Assembly (NCBI GenBank): GCA_002840765.1
Contig: PHCE01000004.1
Location: 71,959-135,958 of the forward strand
Direction: 5' to 3'
Source of the DNA: Betaproteobacteria bacterium HGW-Betaproteobacteria-7
Lineage (GTDB): Bacteria > Pseudomonadota > Gammaproteobacteria > Burkholderiales > Rhodocyclaceae
Length of the DNA stretch: 64,000 nucleotides
A model generated the notes under the pieces. It did not search any database. It was not told the origin of the DNA and saw only the letters and a list, made by a program, of their open reading frames with translations. The position numbers were made by a program, and so were the translations under genes. This document shows positions 8,733-18,000 of the stretch, piece by piece. The stretch's first letter is position 1. Each line of letters opens with the position of its first letter.

Positions 8733-9814
8733 TGGGCTTCTTCCGGATAGAGGGCGAGCAGGCCGTCGCGGCTGGCCGGGCAGACGCCGCGCTCGCTGAT
8801 GATGGCGGTGACCAGGCGTGCCGGCGTCACATCAAAGGCCGGGTTGGCCACGGCCTGACCGGGTGGCAGTTGCAGCAACGCCGACGGTACCCCACGCGAA
8901 TCGAGGCCGTGGACGACGCGCAGCTCGTTGCCATCGCGCTCCTCGATCGGAATCGCGGCGCCGTCGGCGCAGGCGAAGTCGAGCGTCGAACGCGGTGCGG
9001 CGACGTAGAAGGGAATGCCGTTGTCGGCGCAGGCCAGAGCTTTCAGGTAGGTGCCGACCTTGTTGGCGACGTCACCGTTGGCGGCGATGCGATCGGCGCC
9101 GACGATCACCGCATCGACCTGGCCTTCGCGCAGCAGGATGCCGGCGGCGTTGTCGGCGATCAGGGTGTGCGGCACGCCATGTTGGGCCAGTTCCCAGGCG
9201 GTCAGCAGGCCCTGGTTGCGCGGCCGGGTCTCCGAAACCCAGACTTTAACCGGCAGCCCGGCATCGTAGGCGGCATAGACCGGCGACAGTGCAGTGCCCC
9301 AGTCGACAGTGGCCAGCCAGCCAGCATTGCAGTGCGTCATGATGTTCAGCATTCGGCCGTCGCGGCGGGCGATCTGGCGCAACAGGCCGAGGCCGTGCTG
9401 GCCGATGGCGGCATTCTGGGCGACGTCCTCGTCGGCGATGGCATCGGCTTCGGTCCACGCCGCGCACTCGCGCAGGGTTGGCGAGAGTGGGGCCAGCACG
9501 ACCCGCATGCGGGCCAGCGCCCAGTGCAGGTTGACCGCCGTCGGCCGCGTCGCACCGAGGACAGCGATGGCTTCGGCCAGACGGGCGTCGGAGGCGTCCT
9601 CACCAAGGGCGATGGCCAGCCCATAGGCGGCGGTGGCGCCGATCAGCGGGGCGCCACGTACCTGCATGGCGCGGATGGCGTGCGCCGCCTCGGTCAGCGT
9701 GGCGACGCGAACCCAGTGCAGCGCATGCGGCAGGCGCGCCTGGTCAATGATGTCGATGACGCGCTTTTCTGGATGGGCGCGCAGGGTGCGGGTGGGGATG
9801 CCGTCGATGTTCAT
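8729..9814 (-). CDS. mtnA: S-methyl-5-thioribose-1-phosphate isomerase
   Basis: 361 aa, eIF-2B alpha/beta/delta-like. Motifs: MQVRGAPLIGATAAYG, MTHCNAG, VWVSETRPRNQG, VGADRIAANGDVANKVGTY. Confidence 0.9.
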   Translation of the reverse strand: MNIDGIPTRTLRAHPEKRVIDIIDQARLPHALHWVRVATLTEAAHAIRAMQVRGAPLIGATAAYGLAIALGEDASDARLAEAIAVLGATRPTAVNLHWALARMRVVLAPLSPTLRECAAWTEADAIADEDVAQNAAIGQHGLGLLRQIARRDGRMLNIMTHCNAGWLATVDWGTALSPVYAAYDAGLPVKVWVSETRPRNQGLLTAWELAQHGVPHTLIADNAAGILLREGQVDAVIVGADRIAANGDVANKVGTYLKALACADNGIPFYVAAPRSTLDFACADGAAIPIEERDGNELRVVHGLDSRGVPSALLQLPPGQAVANPAFDVTPARLVTAIISERGVCPASRDGLLALYPEEAQ

Positions 9815-9817
9815 GGT

Positions 9818-10198
9818 TCAGAGGGGGGCAGTGTGAGTGCGCAGCCAGTTGGCAAATTCAGCTTCGCCGATGTCCCCGGCGGCGAGGGCGAGCATGGTCA
9901 GCGTGGCGTCATGCTGGCTGGCCGTCAGGCGGTGGCCGTTGAGGCGCAGAAACATACCGGCGCCGAGAAAGCCGGCGCGCTTGTTGCCGTCGATAAACGG
10001 ATGGTTCTTAGCCAGACCGAAGGCGTAGGCGGCGGCGCAGTCGAAGACGTCAGGCTGGCCGTAGGCGGCGAGGTTTTCCGGGCGAGCCAGTGCCGAGTCA
10101 AGCAATCCTTCGTCGCGAATGCCCTGGGCGCCGCCATGCAGGAGCAGGCTTTCACCGTGCAGCAGCAACAGTGCCCGCCGGTTGATCCAGGTAAACAC
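9818..10198 (-). CDS. doc: Type II toxin, Doc (death-on-curing) / Fic family
   Basis: 126 aa with the Doc-type Fic motif HPFIDGNKRAGF. Its stop lies 3 nt upstream of the mtnA start. Confidence 0.9.
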   Translation of the reverse strand: MFTWINRRALLLLHGESLLLHGGAQGIRDEGLLDSALARPENLAAYGQPDVFDCAAAYAFGLAKNHPFIDGNKRAGFLGAGMFLRLNGHRLTASQHDATLTMLALAAGDIGEAEFANWLRTHTAPL

Positions 10199-10199
10199 C

Positions 10200-10424
10200 T
10201 TATTTGGCGAGTTCGTGGAAGGTGTCGCGGTACTCGCGCATGAAGTCGCGGCCGGCCTCGACCTGGCGTGCCACTTCCGGATCGTAGGGAGTCATCGAGA
10301 AACCTTCCGGCGATTCGACTAGATAGACCGTGTCGCCCTTGTCTACATGCAGCATGGCCAGCGCTTCCTTGGGCAGCACGACGCCCACCGAATTGCCGAT
10401 CTGGGTCAGTTTGAGCGCGAACAT
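10200..10424 (-). CDS. AbrB/MazE/SpoVT-family antitoxin (Phd functional analogue)
   Basis: 74 aa from MFALKLTQIGNSVGVVLPKEAL (swapped-hairpin motif). It lies 1 nt upstream of doc. Confidence 0.85.
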   Translation of the reverse strand: MFALKLTQIGNSVGVVLPKEALAMLHVDKGDTVYLVESPEGFSMTPYDPEVARQVEAGRDFMREYRDTFHELAK

Positions 10425-10541
10425 GGCGATCTCCGGGGTGGTTATAACGGATGTAATACTACGCCCTTTTTCGCCGGCCGGCTTGTCCGCCGCGCGGCCT
10501 TGGCGCAAGATCTGGCCCCTGTCCCGCTCGGTACTTTCCAC

Positions 10542-11705
10542 ATGCAAACCTCCATCCAGATCGACTCCCGTTTCCCGGCCATGGGCACCACCATCTTCAC
10601 CGTGATGTCGCGGCTGGCGGCGGAATGCGGGGCGGTCAACCTGTCGCAGGGCTTCCCCGATTTCCAGGCCGACCGTTCCTTATTCGACGCCATGCACCGG
10701 CACATGCTGGCCGGGCGCAACCAGTATCCGCCGATGGCCGGCGTGCCCGAACTGCGCCAGGCCATCGTGGACAAGGTGGCGGCGCTGTACGGCACGCGTT
10801 TCGACGCCGAGGCGGAAGTCACCGTCACCGCCGGCGCGACCCAGGCCATCTTCACCGCCATCGCCGCCTTCGTCCGCCCCGGCGATGAAGTTATCGTCTT
10901 GGAACCGGTCTACGACAGCTACGTGCCGGCCATCGAGACGGTCGGCGGCACGGCCGTCCCGGCGCAACTGCAGTTCCCCGATTACGCGCCGGACTGGGCG
11001 CAGGTGCGGGCGCGGATCACGCCGCGGACGCGGATGATCATCGTCAATTCGCCGCACAACCCGACCGGCAGCCTGCTGACCGCCGCCGATCTGGCGCAGC
11101 TGGCCGAACTGGTGCGCGGCACCGACATCGTCATCCTCTCCGACGAAGTCTACGAGCACATCCTGTTCGACGGCGAGCGCCACGCCAGCCTGTCTGGACA
11201 CAGTGAATTGGCGGCGCGCAGCCTCGTCGTTTCCAGCTTCGGCAAGACCTACCACATTACCGGCTGGAAGATCGCCTACGTCGTCGGCCCGGCGGCGTTA
11301 ATGGCCGAGTTTCGCAAGGTGCACCAGTTCAACGTGTTCACCGTTCATACGCCTTCGCAGCTGGCCATCGCCGAGTACATGCAGGATGCCTCGCGGCATC
11401 TCGGGTTAGCCGCCTTTTATCAGGAGAAACGCGATTTCTTTCGCCGGCTGATGGCCGACACACCGTTCGAATTGCTGCCCTGTCGCGGCACCTATTTCCA
11501 GCTGGCGCGCTACGGCCATTTCTCGGACAAGCCGGATCGCGAGTTTGCCGAATGGCTGACGCGCGAAGTCGGCGTCGCCGTCATTCCGGTCTCGGTGTTT
11601 TATGCCGACGGCCGCGACGACCGCGTCGTGCGCTTCTGCTTTGCCAAGACCGAAGAAACCCTGCGCGCCGGTGTCGAACGCCTGCAGCGTGGCATGCATT
11701 TATGA
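10542..11705 (+). CDS. PLP-dependent aminotransferase, class I/II (YbdL-like methionine aminotransferase)
   Basis: Start at MQTSIQIDSRFPAMGTTIFTVMS. Motifs: NLSQGFPDF, NSPHNPTG, SFGKTYHITGWKIAY (PLP lysine region). Confidence 0.85.
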   Translation: MQTSIQIDSRFPAMGTTIFTVMSRLAAECGAVNLSQGFPDFQADRSLFDAMHRHMLAGRNQYPPMAGVPELRQAIVDKVAALYGTRFDAEAEVTVTAGATQAIFTAIAAFVRPGDEVIVLEPVYDSYVPAIETVGGTAVPAQLQFPDYAPDWAQVRARITPRTRMIIVNSPHNPTGSLLTAADLAQLAELVRGTDIVILSDEVYEHILFDGERHASLSGHSELAARSLVVSSFGKTYHITGWKIAYVVGPAALMAEFRKVHQFNVFTVHTPSQLAIAEYMQDASRHLGLAAFYQEKRDFFRRLMADTPFELLPCRGTYFQLARYGHFSDKPDREFAEWLTREVGVAVIPVSVFYADGRDDRVVRFCFAKTEETLRAGVERLQRGMHL

Positions 11706-11713
11706 AAATCGGC

Positions 11714-11743
11714 TTGACGCTGGCGCCGGGCGCCGCGAATAAT
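11714..11743 (+). promoter_or_regulatory. Candidate sigma70 promoter for mscL (TTGACG-N18-AATAAT)
   Basis: TTGACG at 11714-11719 and AATAAT at 11738-11743, about 36 nt upstream of the mscL ATG. Confidence 0.35.
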
Positions 11744-11778
11744 CGGCGTGTCGCCAACCATTAGCGGGGAGTCCATAC

Positions 11779-12207
11779 ATGAGCATCGTCAAGGAATTCA
11801 AGGAATTTGCCGTCAAGGGCAATGCCGTCGATCTGGCGGTTGGCGTCATCATCGGCGCGGCGTTCGCCAAGATCGTCGACTCCATCGTCGGCGACCTGAT
11901 CATGCCGCTGGTTGGCCGGGTCCTCGGCAAGCTCGACTTTTCCAACCTGTTCTTCCTCCTCGGTGACAACCCGGACAACCTGTTGACACTCGCCGACCTG
12001 AAGAAAGCCGGCATCCCGGTGTTTGCCTACGGCAACTTCCTGACCATCCTGGTCAACTTCGTCATCCTTGCCTTCATCATCTTCATGATGGTCAAGCAGA
12101 TCAACCGCCTGCGCAAGGAGGAGCCGGCCCCGGCCCCGGAAGTGCCGCCGCCGACGCCGGAAGACGTTCTGTTGCTGCGGGAGATTCGCGATTCGTTGAG
12201 GAAATAG
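11779..12207 (+). CDS. mscL: Large-conductance mechanosensitive channel
   Basis: 142 aa: [43 protein letters not shown]. Confidence 0.95.
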   Translation: MSIVKEFKEFAVKGNAVDLAVGVIIGAAFAKIVDSIVGDLIMPLVGRVLGKLDFSNLFFLLGDNPDNLLTLADLKKAGIPVFAYGNFLTILVNFVILAFIIFMMVKQINRLRKEEPAPAPEVPPPTPEDVLLLREIRDSLRK

Positions 12208-12224
12208 CCGTTTGCCCCACCAGC

Positions 12225-12254
12225 CACGAAAGCCGCCGCCAGGCGGCTTTCGTG
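12225..12254. terminator. Hairpin between the convergent genes mscL and glnE
   Basis: CACGAAAGCCGCC / GGCGGCTTTCGTG forms a 13-bp stem between the two stop codons. Confidence 0.6.
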
Positions 12255-12256
12255 CT

Positions 12257-14995
12257 TTATGCCTGGCCCGGGAGGGCGCTGGCTTCGAGCTCGCCGAACA
12301 CCTCGCGCCAAAGCGCCCGAACCACGGCGATGTGCAGTTCCACCTGTTCCTTCGGAATGCGTGCTTTGGGCGTCGCCGACAGGCGCTTGGCGTGCTGCAG
12401 GCGGCGGTATTCGCGGTAGGCATTGCCGGCCGCCTCAGCTTGCTGGCGGTCGATCAGCCCAAGGTCGCCGGCGATGCGCAAGAGCGCGATGTTGCCGAGG
12501 TTGCCGGTCAGTTCGGGGTGCTGGTGGGCGTGGCCGAGTACCAGATACTGGACGATGAACTCGACATCGACGATGCCGCCCGGATCGTGCTTGAGGCCGA
12601 ACTCCGTCTCGCTCTTTGAAGCGTGGGCATCGATCATCTTCTGGCGCATGGCGATGACTTCGGCCCGCAGTTTGTCGAGGTCACGCTGCTGGCAGAGTAT
12701 CTCGATGCGGATTTCCTCGAAGCGGGCGCCGACGGCCGGGTCGCCGGCGCAGAAACGGGCGCGGGTCAGCGCCTGGTGTTCCCAGACCCAGGCCTTGGTC
12801 AGCTGGTAGTCGCGGAAGGCGTCGACGGAGACGGCGAGCAGGCCCGAGTCGCCATTCGGGCGCAGGCGCAAGTCGGTCTCGAACAGGATGCCGGCCGAGG
12901 TCTGGCTGGACAGCCAGGTGTTCAGGCGCTGGCCAAGGCGAGTGTAGTTTTCCGGGGCGTCCTGGTCGTCATCGTCGTAAAGATAGACGAGGTCGAGGTC
13001 GGAGGCGTAGCCGAGTTCCTTGCCGCCCATCTTGCCGTAACCGATGACGGCGAATTTCGGCGTCGGGCAGTGGCGGTTCTTGATCTTGCTCCAGACCAGC
13101 GGCAGCGTTTCCTGGACGATGGTGTCGGCCAGCTCGGTCAGGTGGTCGGACAGTCGCTCGATAGTTTGCAGGCCGGCCAGATCCTGGGCCAGCAGGCGGA
13201 ACACCTGGCCGTGGTGTACCTCGCGCAGGATGTCCATCTCGCGTTCGGTGTCGCCAGCGTGGTCGGCCAGATTGCGCCGCAGGTTGTCGCGGAAACCGGC
13301 CCAGTTGGTGGCAATTTCGTAGAGCCGCGGGTCGAGCAGTTCGTCGAGCAGCAGCGGGTGGCGGTTGAGGTAGTCGGCGGCCCAGTTGGAGGCGCACATC
13401 ATGTCGGCGACGCGGCGCAGGGCCATCGGGTACTGCTGCAGCAGGGCCAGGTAGGCGCCACGGCGGGCGATGTTCTCGAGAAAGTTGAGACCGCGCACCA
13501 GCGTCACATCGGGATTGCCGCTGGCTCCGGCGGCCTCGATCAGGCGCGGCGCCACGGCGTCGAAGCGCAGCCGGTTCTGGCTCGGCAGTTGCAGGTAACG
13601 GTTGGCTACGCGCAGCTCGGCCAGGCGGGCGATGGCTTCCTGCGGGTGGCGGAAGCCGAGATTGCCAAAGGCCTCGATCGCCGTTTCATCGTCCAGTTGG
13701 CCGAGCCACAAGCCGGTCAGCGGATGCTCGCCGGCCTCGGGGTCGGAAAAGACTTCCTCGAAATGGCGGCTGACCTTTTGCCGATGGCTGTCGAGCACTG
13801 CCATCAGCGCCGGCCAGTCGGGGAAGTCCATGCTCTGGGCGATGACGGCACGGGCCTCGGCTTCCTCCGGCAGCATGTGCGTCTGCTTATCGTCGACGTA
13901 TTGCAGTCGGTGTTCGAGGCGGCGCAGGAAAACGTAGGCAGCGCGCAGTTCGGCTTCGCTCTCGGCCGGCAACAGCTGGCGCTCGACCAGCAGCTTGAGG
14001 ACCGACAGCGTCGGGCGGATCTGCAGTGCCGGATCGCGGCCGCCGCGGATCAACTGGAACACCTGGGCGATGAACTCAATCTCGCGGATGCCGCCGGGGC
14101 CGAGCTTGACGTGGCCGACCATTTCCTTGCGCGCGACTTCGCGGCGGATCTGCGCGTGCAGGTCGCGCATGGCGTTGATGGCGCCGAAATCGAGATATTT
14201 GCGGAAGACGAAGGGCCGGGAAATCTTGCGCAGCGCCGCCATCCATTCGCCGATCGCCTGACCGTCGGCATTCGGCCCGGCATTCATGACCCGCGACTTG
14301 ATCCAGGCGTAGCGTTCCCATTCGCGGCCCTGGGTGATGAAGTAGTTTTCCAGCGCGTCGAGCGAACAGACCAGCGGCCCGGAGTCGCCGTTCGGGCGCA
14401 GGCGCATGTCGACGCGGAACACCTGGCCGTCAGCGGTCAGATCGCCGAGCGCCTGGATCACCCGTTTGCCGAGACGGGTAAAGAAATCGTAGTTGTCGAT
14501 CGCCTTTGGCCCCGCTGTCTCGCCTTCCTCGGGATAAACGAAGATGTAGTCGACGTCCGAGGAAACGTTAAGCTCGCGGCCGCCAAGCTTGCCCATGCCG
14601 ATGATCAGCAGGCGCTGCGGGTGGCCGGCGTGGTCGAGCGGCTCGCCGTAGGTGGCGACGAGCTGGCGGTGGTAATGATCAAGGGCAAAGTTGGTGGTCA
14701 CGTCGGCGAGCATGGTCATGCACTCGACCACTTCTTCGAGCGGCGCCAGGCCGACCAGGTCGCGCAGGGTGATGTGCGCCATGGCGCGCTGGCGCAGACA
14801 GCGCAGGACTGATTTGACCGCCTCGTCGTCAGCGAAATCGACGTGCAGCGGCGCCAGCAGATGATCTTCGCCGAGCGGCTGGTGCCAGCAGGCGGCCAGT
14901 TCGTCGACCAGCGCCGGGCGCGATTGCAGCAGATTACTCAGGTAGCGGCTGTGATCGAGAGCACGCTGCCAGCGGGGATCGGGAAGGGGGGTCAT
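12257..14995 (-). CDS. glnE: Bifunctional glutamine synthetase adenylyltransferase / adenylyl-removing enzyme
   Basis: 912 aa with two nucleotidyltransferase repeats (GKLGGRELNVSSDVDYIF and GKMGGKELGYASDLDLVY). Confidence 0.95.
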   Translation of the reverse strand: MTPLPDPRWQRALDHSRYLSNLLQSRPALVDELAACWHQPLGEDHLLAPLHVDFADDEAVKSVLRCLRQRAMAHITLRDLVGLAPLEEVVECMTMLADVTTNFALDHYHRQLVATYGEPLDHAGHPQRLLIIGMGKLGGRELNVSSDVDYIFVYPEEGETAGPKAIDNYDFFTRLGKRVIQALGDLTADGQVFRVDMRLRPNGDSGPLVCSLDALENYFITQGREWERYAWIKSRVMNAGPNADGQAIGEWMAALRKISRPFVFRKYLDFGAINAMRDLHAQIRREVARKEMVGHVKLGPGGIREIEFIAQVFQLIRGGRDPALQIRPTLSVLKLLVERQLLPAESEAELRAAYVFLRRLEHRLQYVDDKQTHMLPEEAEARAVIAQSMDFPDWPALMAVLDSHRQKVSRHFEEVFSDPEAGEHPLTGLWLGQLDDETAIEAFGNLGFRHPQEAIARLAELRVANRYLQLPSQNRLRFDAVAPRLIEAAGASGNPDVTLVRGLNFLENIARRGAYLALLQQYPMALRRVADMMCASNWAADYLNRHPLLLDELLDPRLYEIATNWAGFRDNLRRNLADHAGDTEREMDILREVHHGQVFRLLAQDLAGLQTIERLSDHLTELADTIVQETLPLVWSKIKNRHCPTPKFAVIGYGKMGGKELGYASDLDLVYLYDDDDQDAPENYTRLGQRLNTWLSSQTSAGILFETDLRLRPNGDSGLLAVSVDAFRDYQLTKAWVWEHQALTRARFCAGDPAVGARFEEIRIEILCQQRDLDKLRAEVIAMRQKMIDAHASKSETEFGLKHDPGGIVDVEFIVQYLVLGHAHQHPELTGNLGNIALLRIAGDLGLIDRQQAEAAGNAYREYRRLQHAKRLSATPKARIPKEQVELHIAVVRALWREVFGELEASALPGQA

Positions 14996-15093
14996 GGTTA
15001 GCTCGCTCGGCCAGGGGGGCGAAAAGGTAGAATTGCCTTTTTGTTGAACGACGATTGTAGTGATCTATTCAGCCTTCTGGCAAAGCGGGGCGC

Positions 15094-18000
15094 TTGGTGA
15101 CTGAGCCCCGGAGCCACACCGGCGCGTCCGATTCCGCCGTAATTCGCCTCGTCCTCTACCGGCGCCTGCACTGGTTGTGGCGCCTGCTCGCCTGGCCGCC
15201 AGTGGGCCGCGGCCTGCGCCTGCTCGCCTGGGGCAGCTTCGCCGCCTGGCTACTCTTCGTTCTGCTGCTGCTCGTCCTGCGCTACGGCATCCTGCCCCGG
15301 GTCGGCGACTACAAGGCCGATATCGAGCGCGCGGCCAGCCGCGCCGTCGGCCAGGAAGTCAGCATCGGCAGCCTCGAGGCGCGCTGGCGTGGGCTCAATC
15401 CCGACCTGATACTGGACGATGTGCGCGTGCTCGATGCCGCAGGCGAACCAGCCTTCACGCTGGCCCGGGTGGAAAGCGTGCTTTCCTGGCAGACGCTGTG
15501 GCGCCTGCAGCCGACGCTGGCGCTGCTCGCTTTCGACGGCCCGGTGCTCAATGTCCGCCGCGATACCAACGGGCGCATCACCGTCGCCGGTATCGCCACC
15601 GAAGGCGAAAGCGATCCGGCGTTCGGCGAATGGCTGCTGGCGCAGAAGCGCATTCGCATCCGCGATGCCACCATCGTCTGGGAAGATCGCCTGCGCGGCG
15701 CCCCGCCGCTCATTCTCGAAGACCTGCAGCTGGCCCTCGACAACCGCGGCCGGCGCCACCGCTTCGGCGTGTCGGCGGCACCGCCGGCCGAACTGGCCGA
15801 TCGTCTCGATATCCGTGGCGAAGTCGTCGGCGATCTCGGCGAGCCCCTGGAGACGCTGGCCGGCAAGGTCTTCGTCCAGCTCGACTATGCCGATCTCGCC
15901 GGCTGGCGGGCCTGGGTCGATTACCCCATCGATCTGCCGCAGGGCCGCGGCGCCCTGCGCGTCTGGGGCGATCTCGAGGATGGCGGTGGCGCGTTGACCG
16001 CCGATCTGGCCCTGGAGGAAGTCCGCCTGTGCCTCGGGCGCAAGCTCCCCGAGCTTGATCTGGCCAGTCTGCGCGGGCGCCTGGAAGGGCGCTACAAGAC
16101 CGGTGAATGGTCAGTGCGCGGGCGTAAGGTGGAGTTACTGACGCGCCAGGGTGTGCGCGTCACGCCGACCGATTTCCTCGTCGAGCTGCGCCATGATCCG
16201 GAGAGCACGCTGATCAACGGCAATGCCAGCGCCAGCTTCCTCGACCTCGGCACGCTGGCGGCACTGGCCGCCCATTTGCCGCTCGACGCCCGCAGCCGCG
16301 AACTGCTGCGCCAGCATCAGCCGCAGGGGCGAATCTCCGAATTGCGCGCCAGTTGGGGCTTGGAAGGCGAGAACCTGCGTCGCTATTCATTGCGCGCCGG
16401 GTTCGCCGGCCTCGGCATGCTGCCCGGCGGCTATTTTCCCGGCGGTCAGGGCTTGGCCGGTCGTGTCGACCTGAGCGAAAAGGGCGGCGACCTGATCATC
16501 GATGCCGACGCCTCGTCGCTGTCGCTGCCGGCGGTTTTCCCTGAACCGAATATTGCCTTCGATTCGCTCAAGCTCAATACCCACTGGACGGTAAAGGATC
16601 AGGCCATCGACGTTCGTCTCGCCCGGCTGGCTTTTGCTGGTCCCGATGCCAGCGGTGCGGCCCAGGGGCAGTACCGGTTCACCGGCGACGGGCCGGGCGT
16701 CATCGACCTCCAGGCGACAATTGACCGTGCCGACGGCCGTGCCGTCTGGCGCTACATGCCGCACGCCGTCAATGCCGACGCCCGCGCCTGGCTACGCCGC
16801 GGTATCGTCGGCGGCAGGGGTTACGACGGCAAGCTGATCCTCAAGGGCGATTTGCGCAATTTCCCCTTCCGCGACGACCAGGGCGGGCAGTTCCTGGTGA
16901 CCGCCAAAGCCGCCGGCGCCCGCGTCGATTATGCCGATGGCTGGCCGGCCATCGAGGGCATCGATGGCGAAATGCGCTTCGGTGTTGGCATGAAGGTCAC
17001 GGCCAGCAAGGGCAGCATCCTGGGGGCGCAACTGTCGGCGGTGACCGCCGAAATTCCCGATTTCGAGTCTGGCGAGGAAATACTGCTGGTGCGCGGCGTC
17101 GCCGCCGGTCCGACCAGCGAATTCCTGCGCTTCATTGACCAGAGCCCGGTGGCCGAGAGCATCGATCGCTTCACCGATGACATGAAGGCCAAGGGCAACG
17201 GCCGCCTCGACCTGGAGCTCGATATTCCCCTGCGGCACGCTCTGGAAACCCGGATGCGCGGCCAGTACCGCTTCGATAACAACGAACTCGAACTGCTTGC
17301 TGGCCTGCCGCCGCTGAAGCAGGTCAATGGTCAGCTGACGCTTAGCGAATCGTCGATCACCGCCCGGGATATTGTCGGTCGCGTCTTCGGCGGACCGCTC
17401 AAGGTCCAGGTGCGCAATGCTGCCGAGAAGGTCGATGTGCTGGCCACTGGTACGGCTGCCATAGCGGAAGTGAGCAGCCACTTTGGCTGGCCGCTGGTCA
17501 ACCACCTGACCGGCAGCGCCGGCTGGCGGGCCGAGATTGGCATCCGCAGGCGTCAGGCCGAGGTCGTCGTCACCTCCGATCTGGTCGGCGTCGTCTCGCC
17601 CCTGCCTGCCCCGCTGACCAAGAGCGCCGGCGATGCCTTGCCCCTGCGCGTCGAGCGGACGGCGCTCGAGGGCGAGCGCGAGCAGTACCGGATTACGCTC
17701 GGCGACGTCGGTCGCGGCACCGTCATCCGTCGCCAGGAGGCATGGGAGAGCGGTGTTCTGGCCGTTGGCTCGGCCGAGGCGCGACTGCCGGAAAAGGGGC
17801 TGGCCATCCGTGTTGCCATGCCACAACTCGATGCCGATGCCTGGCGGCCTTTCCTGCCGACCGCCGCGCCGGCCGTCGGCAGCCCCGGCGAGGCCGGGCT
17901 GGAGATCGCCCTGGTCAAGCTCGATACGCCGCAACTGAATCTGCTGGGCCGCACTTACCAGCAGGTCGATCTAGCGCTCCGGCCGCATTCCGGTGGTTGG

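Noticed and set aside
8732-10243. 503-aa plus-strand ORF
   Set aside because: It lies entirely antisense to the clearly recognisable mtnA and doc genes. Its Gly/Ala/Arg/Asp-rich translation shows no recognisable motifs. This is the typical open antisense frame of high-GC DNA.
12623-14812. 729-aa plus-strand ORF
   Set aside because: It is antisense to glnE. The same reasoning applies to these ORFs:
- 20011-21462, antisense to tldD.
- 29955-31328, antisense to glcD.
- 32446-34083, antisense to glcF and the PP2C gene.
- 34953-36257, antisense to rhlE.
- 41369-43390, antisense to alaS.
- 45373-46473 and 46597-47655.
- 57793-59324.
- 61845-62849.
- 62605-63447.
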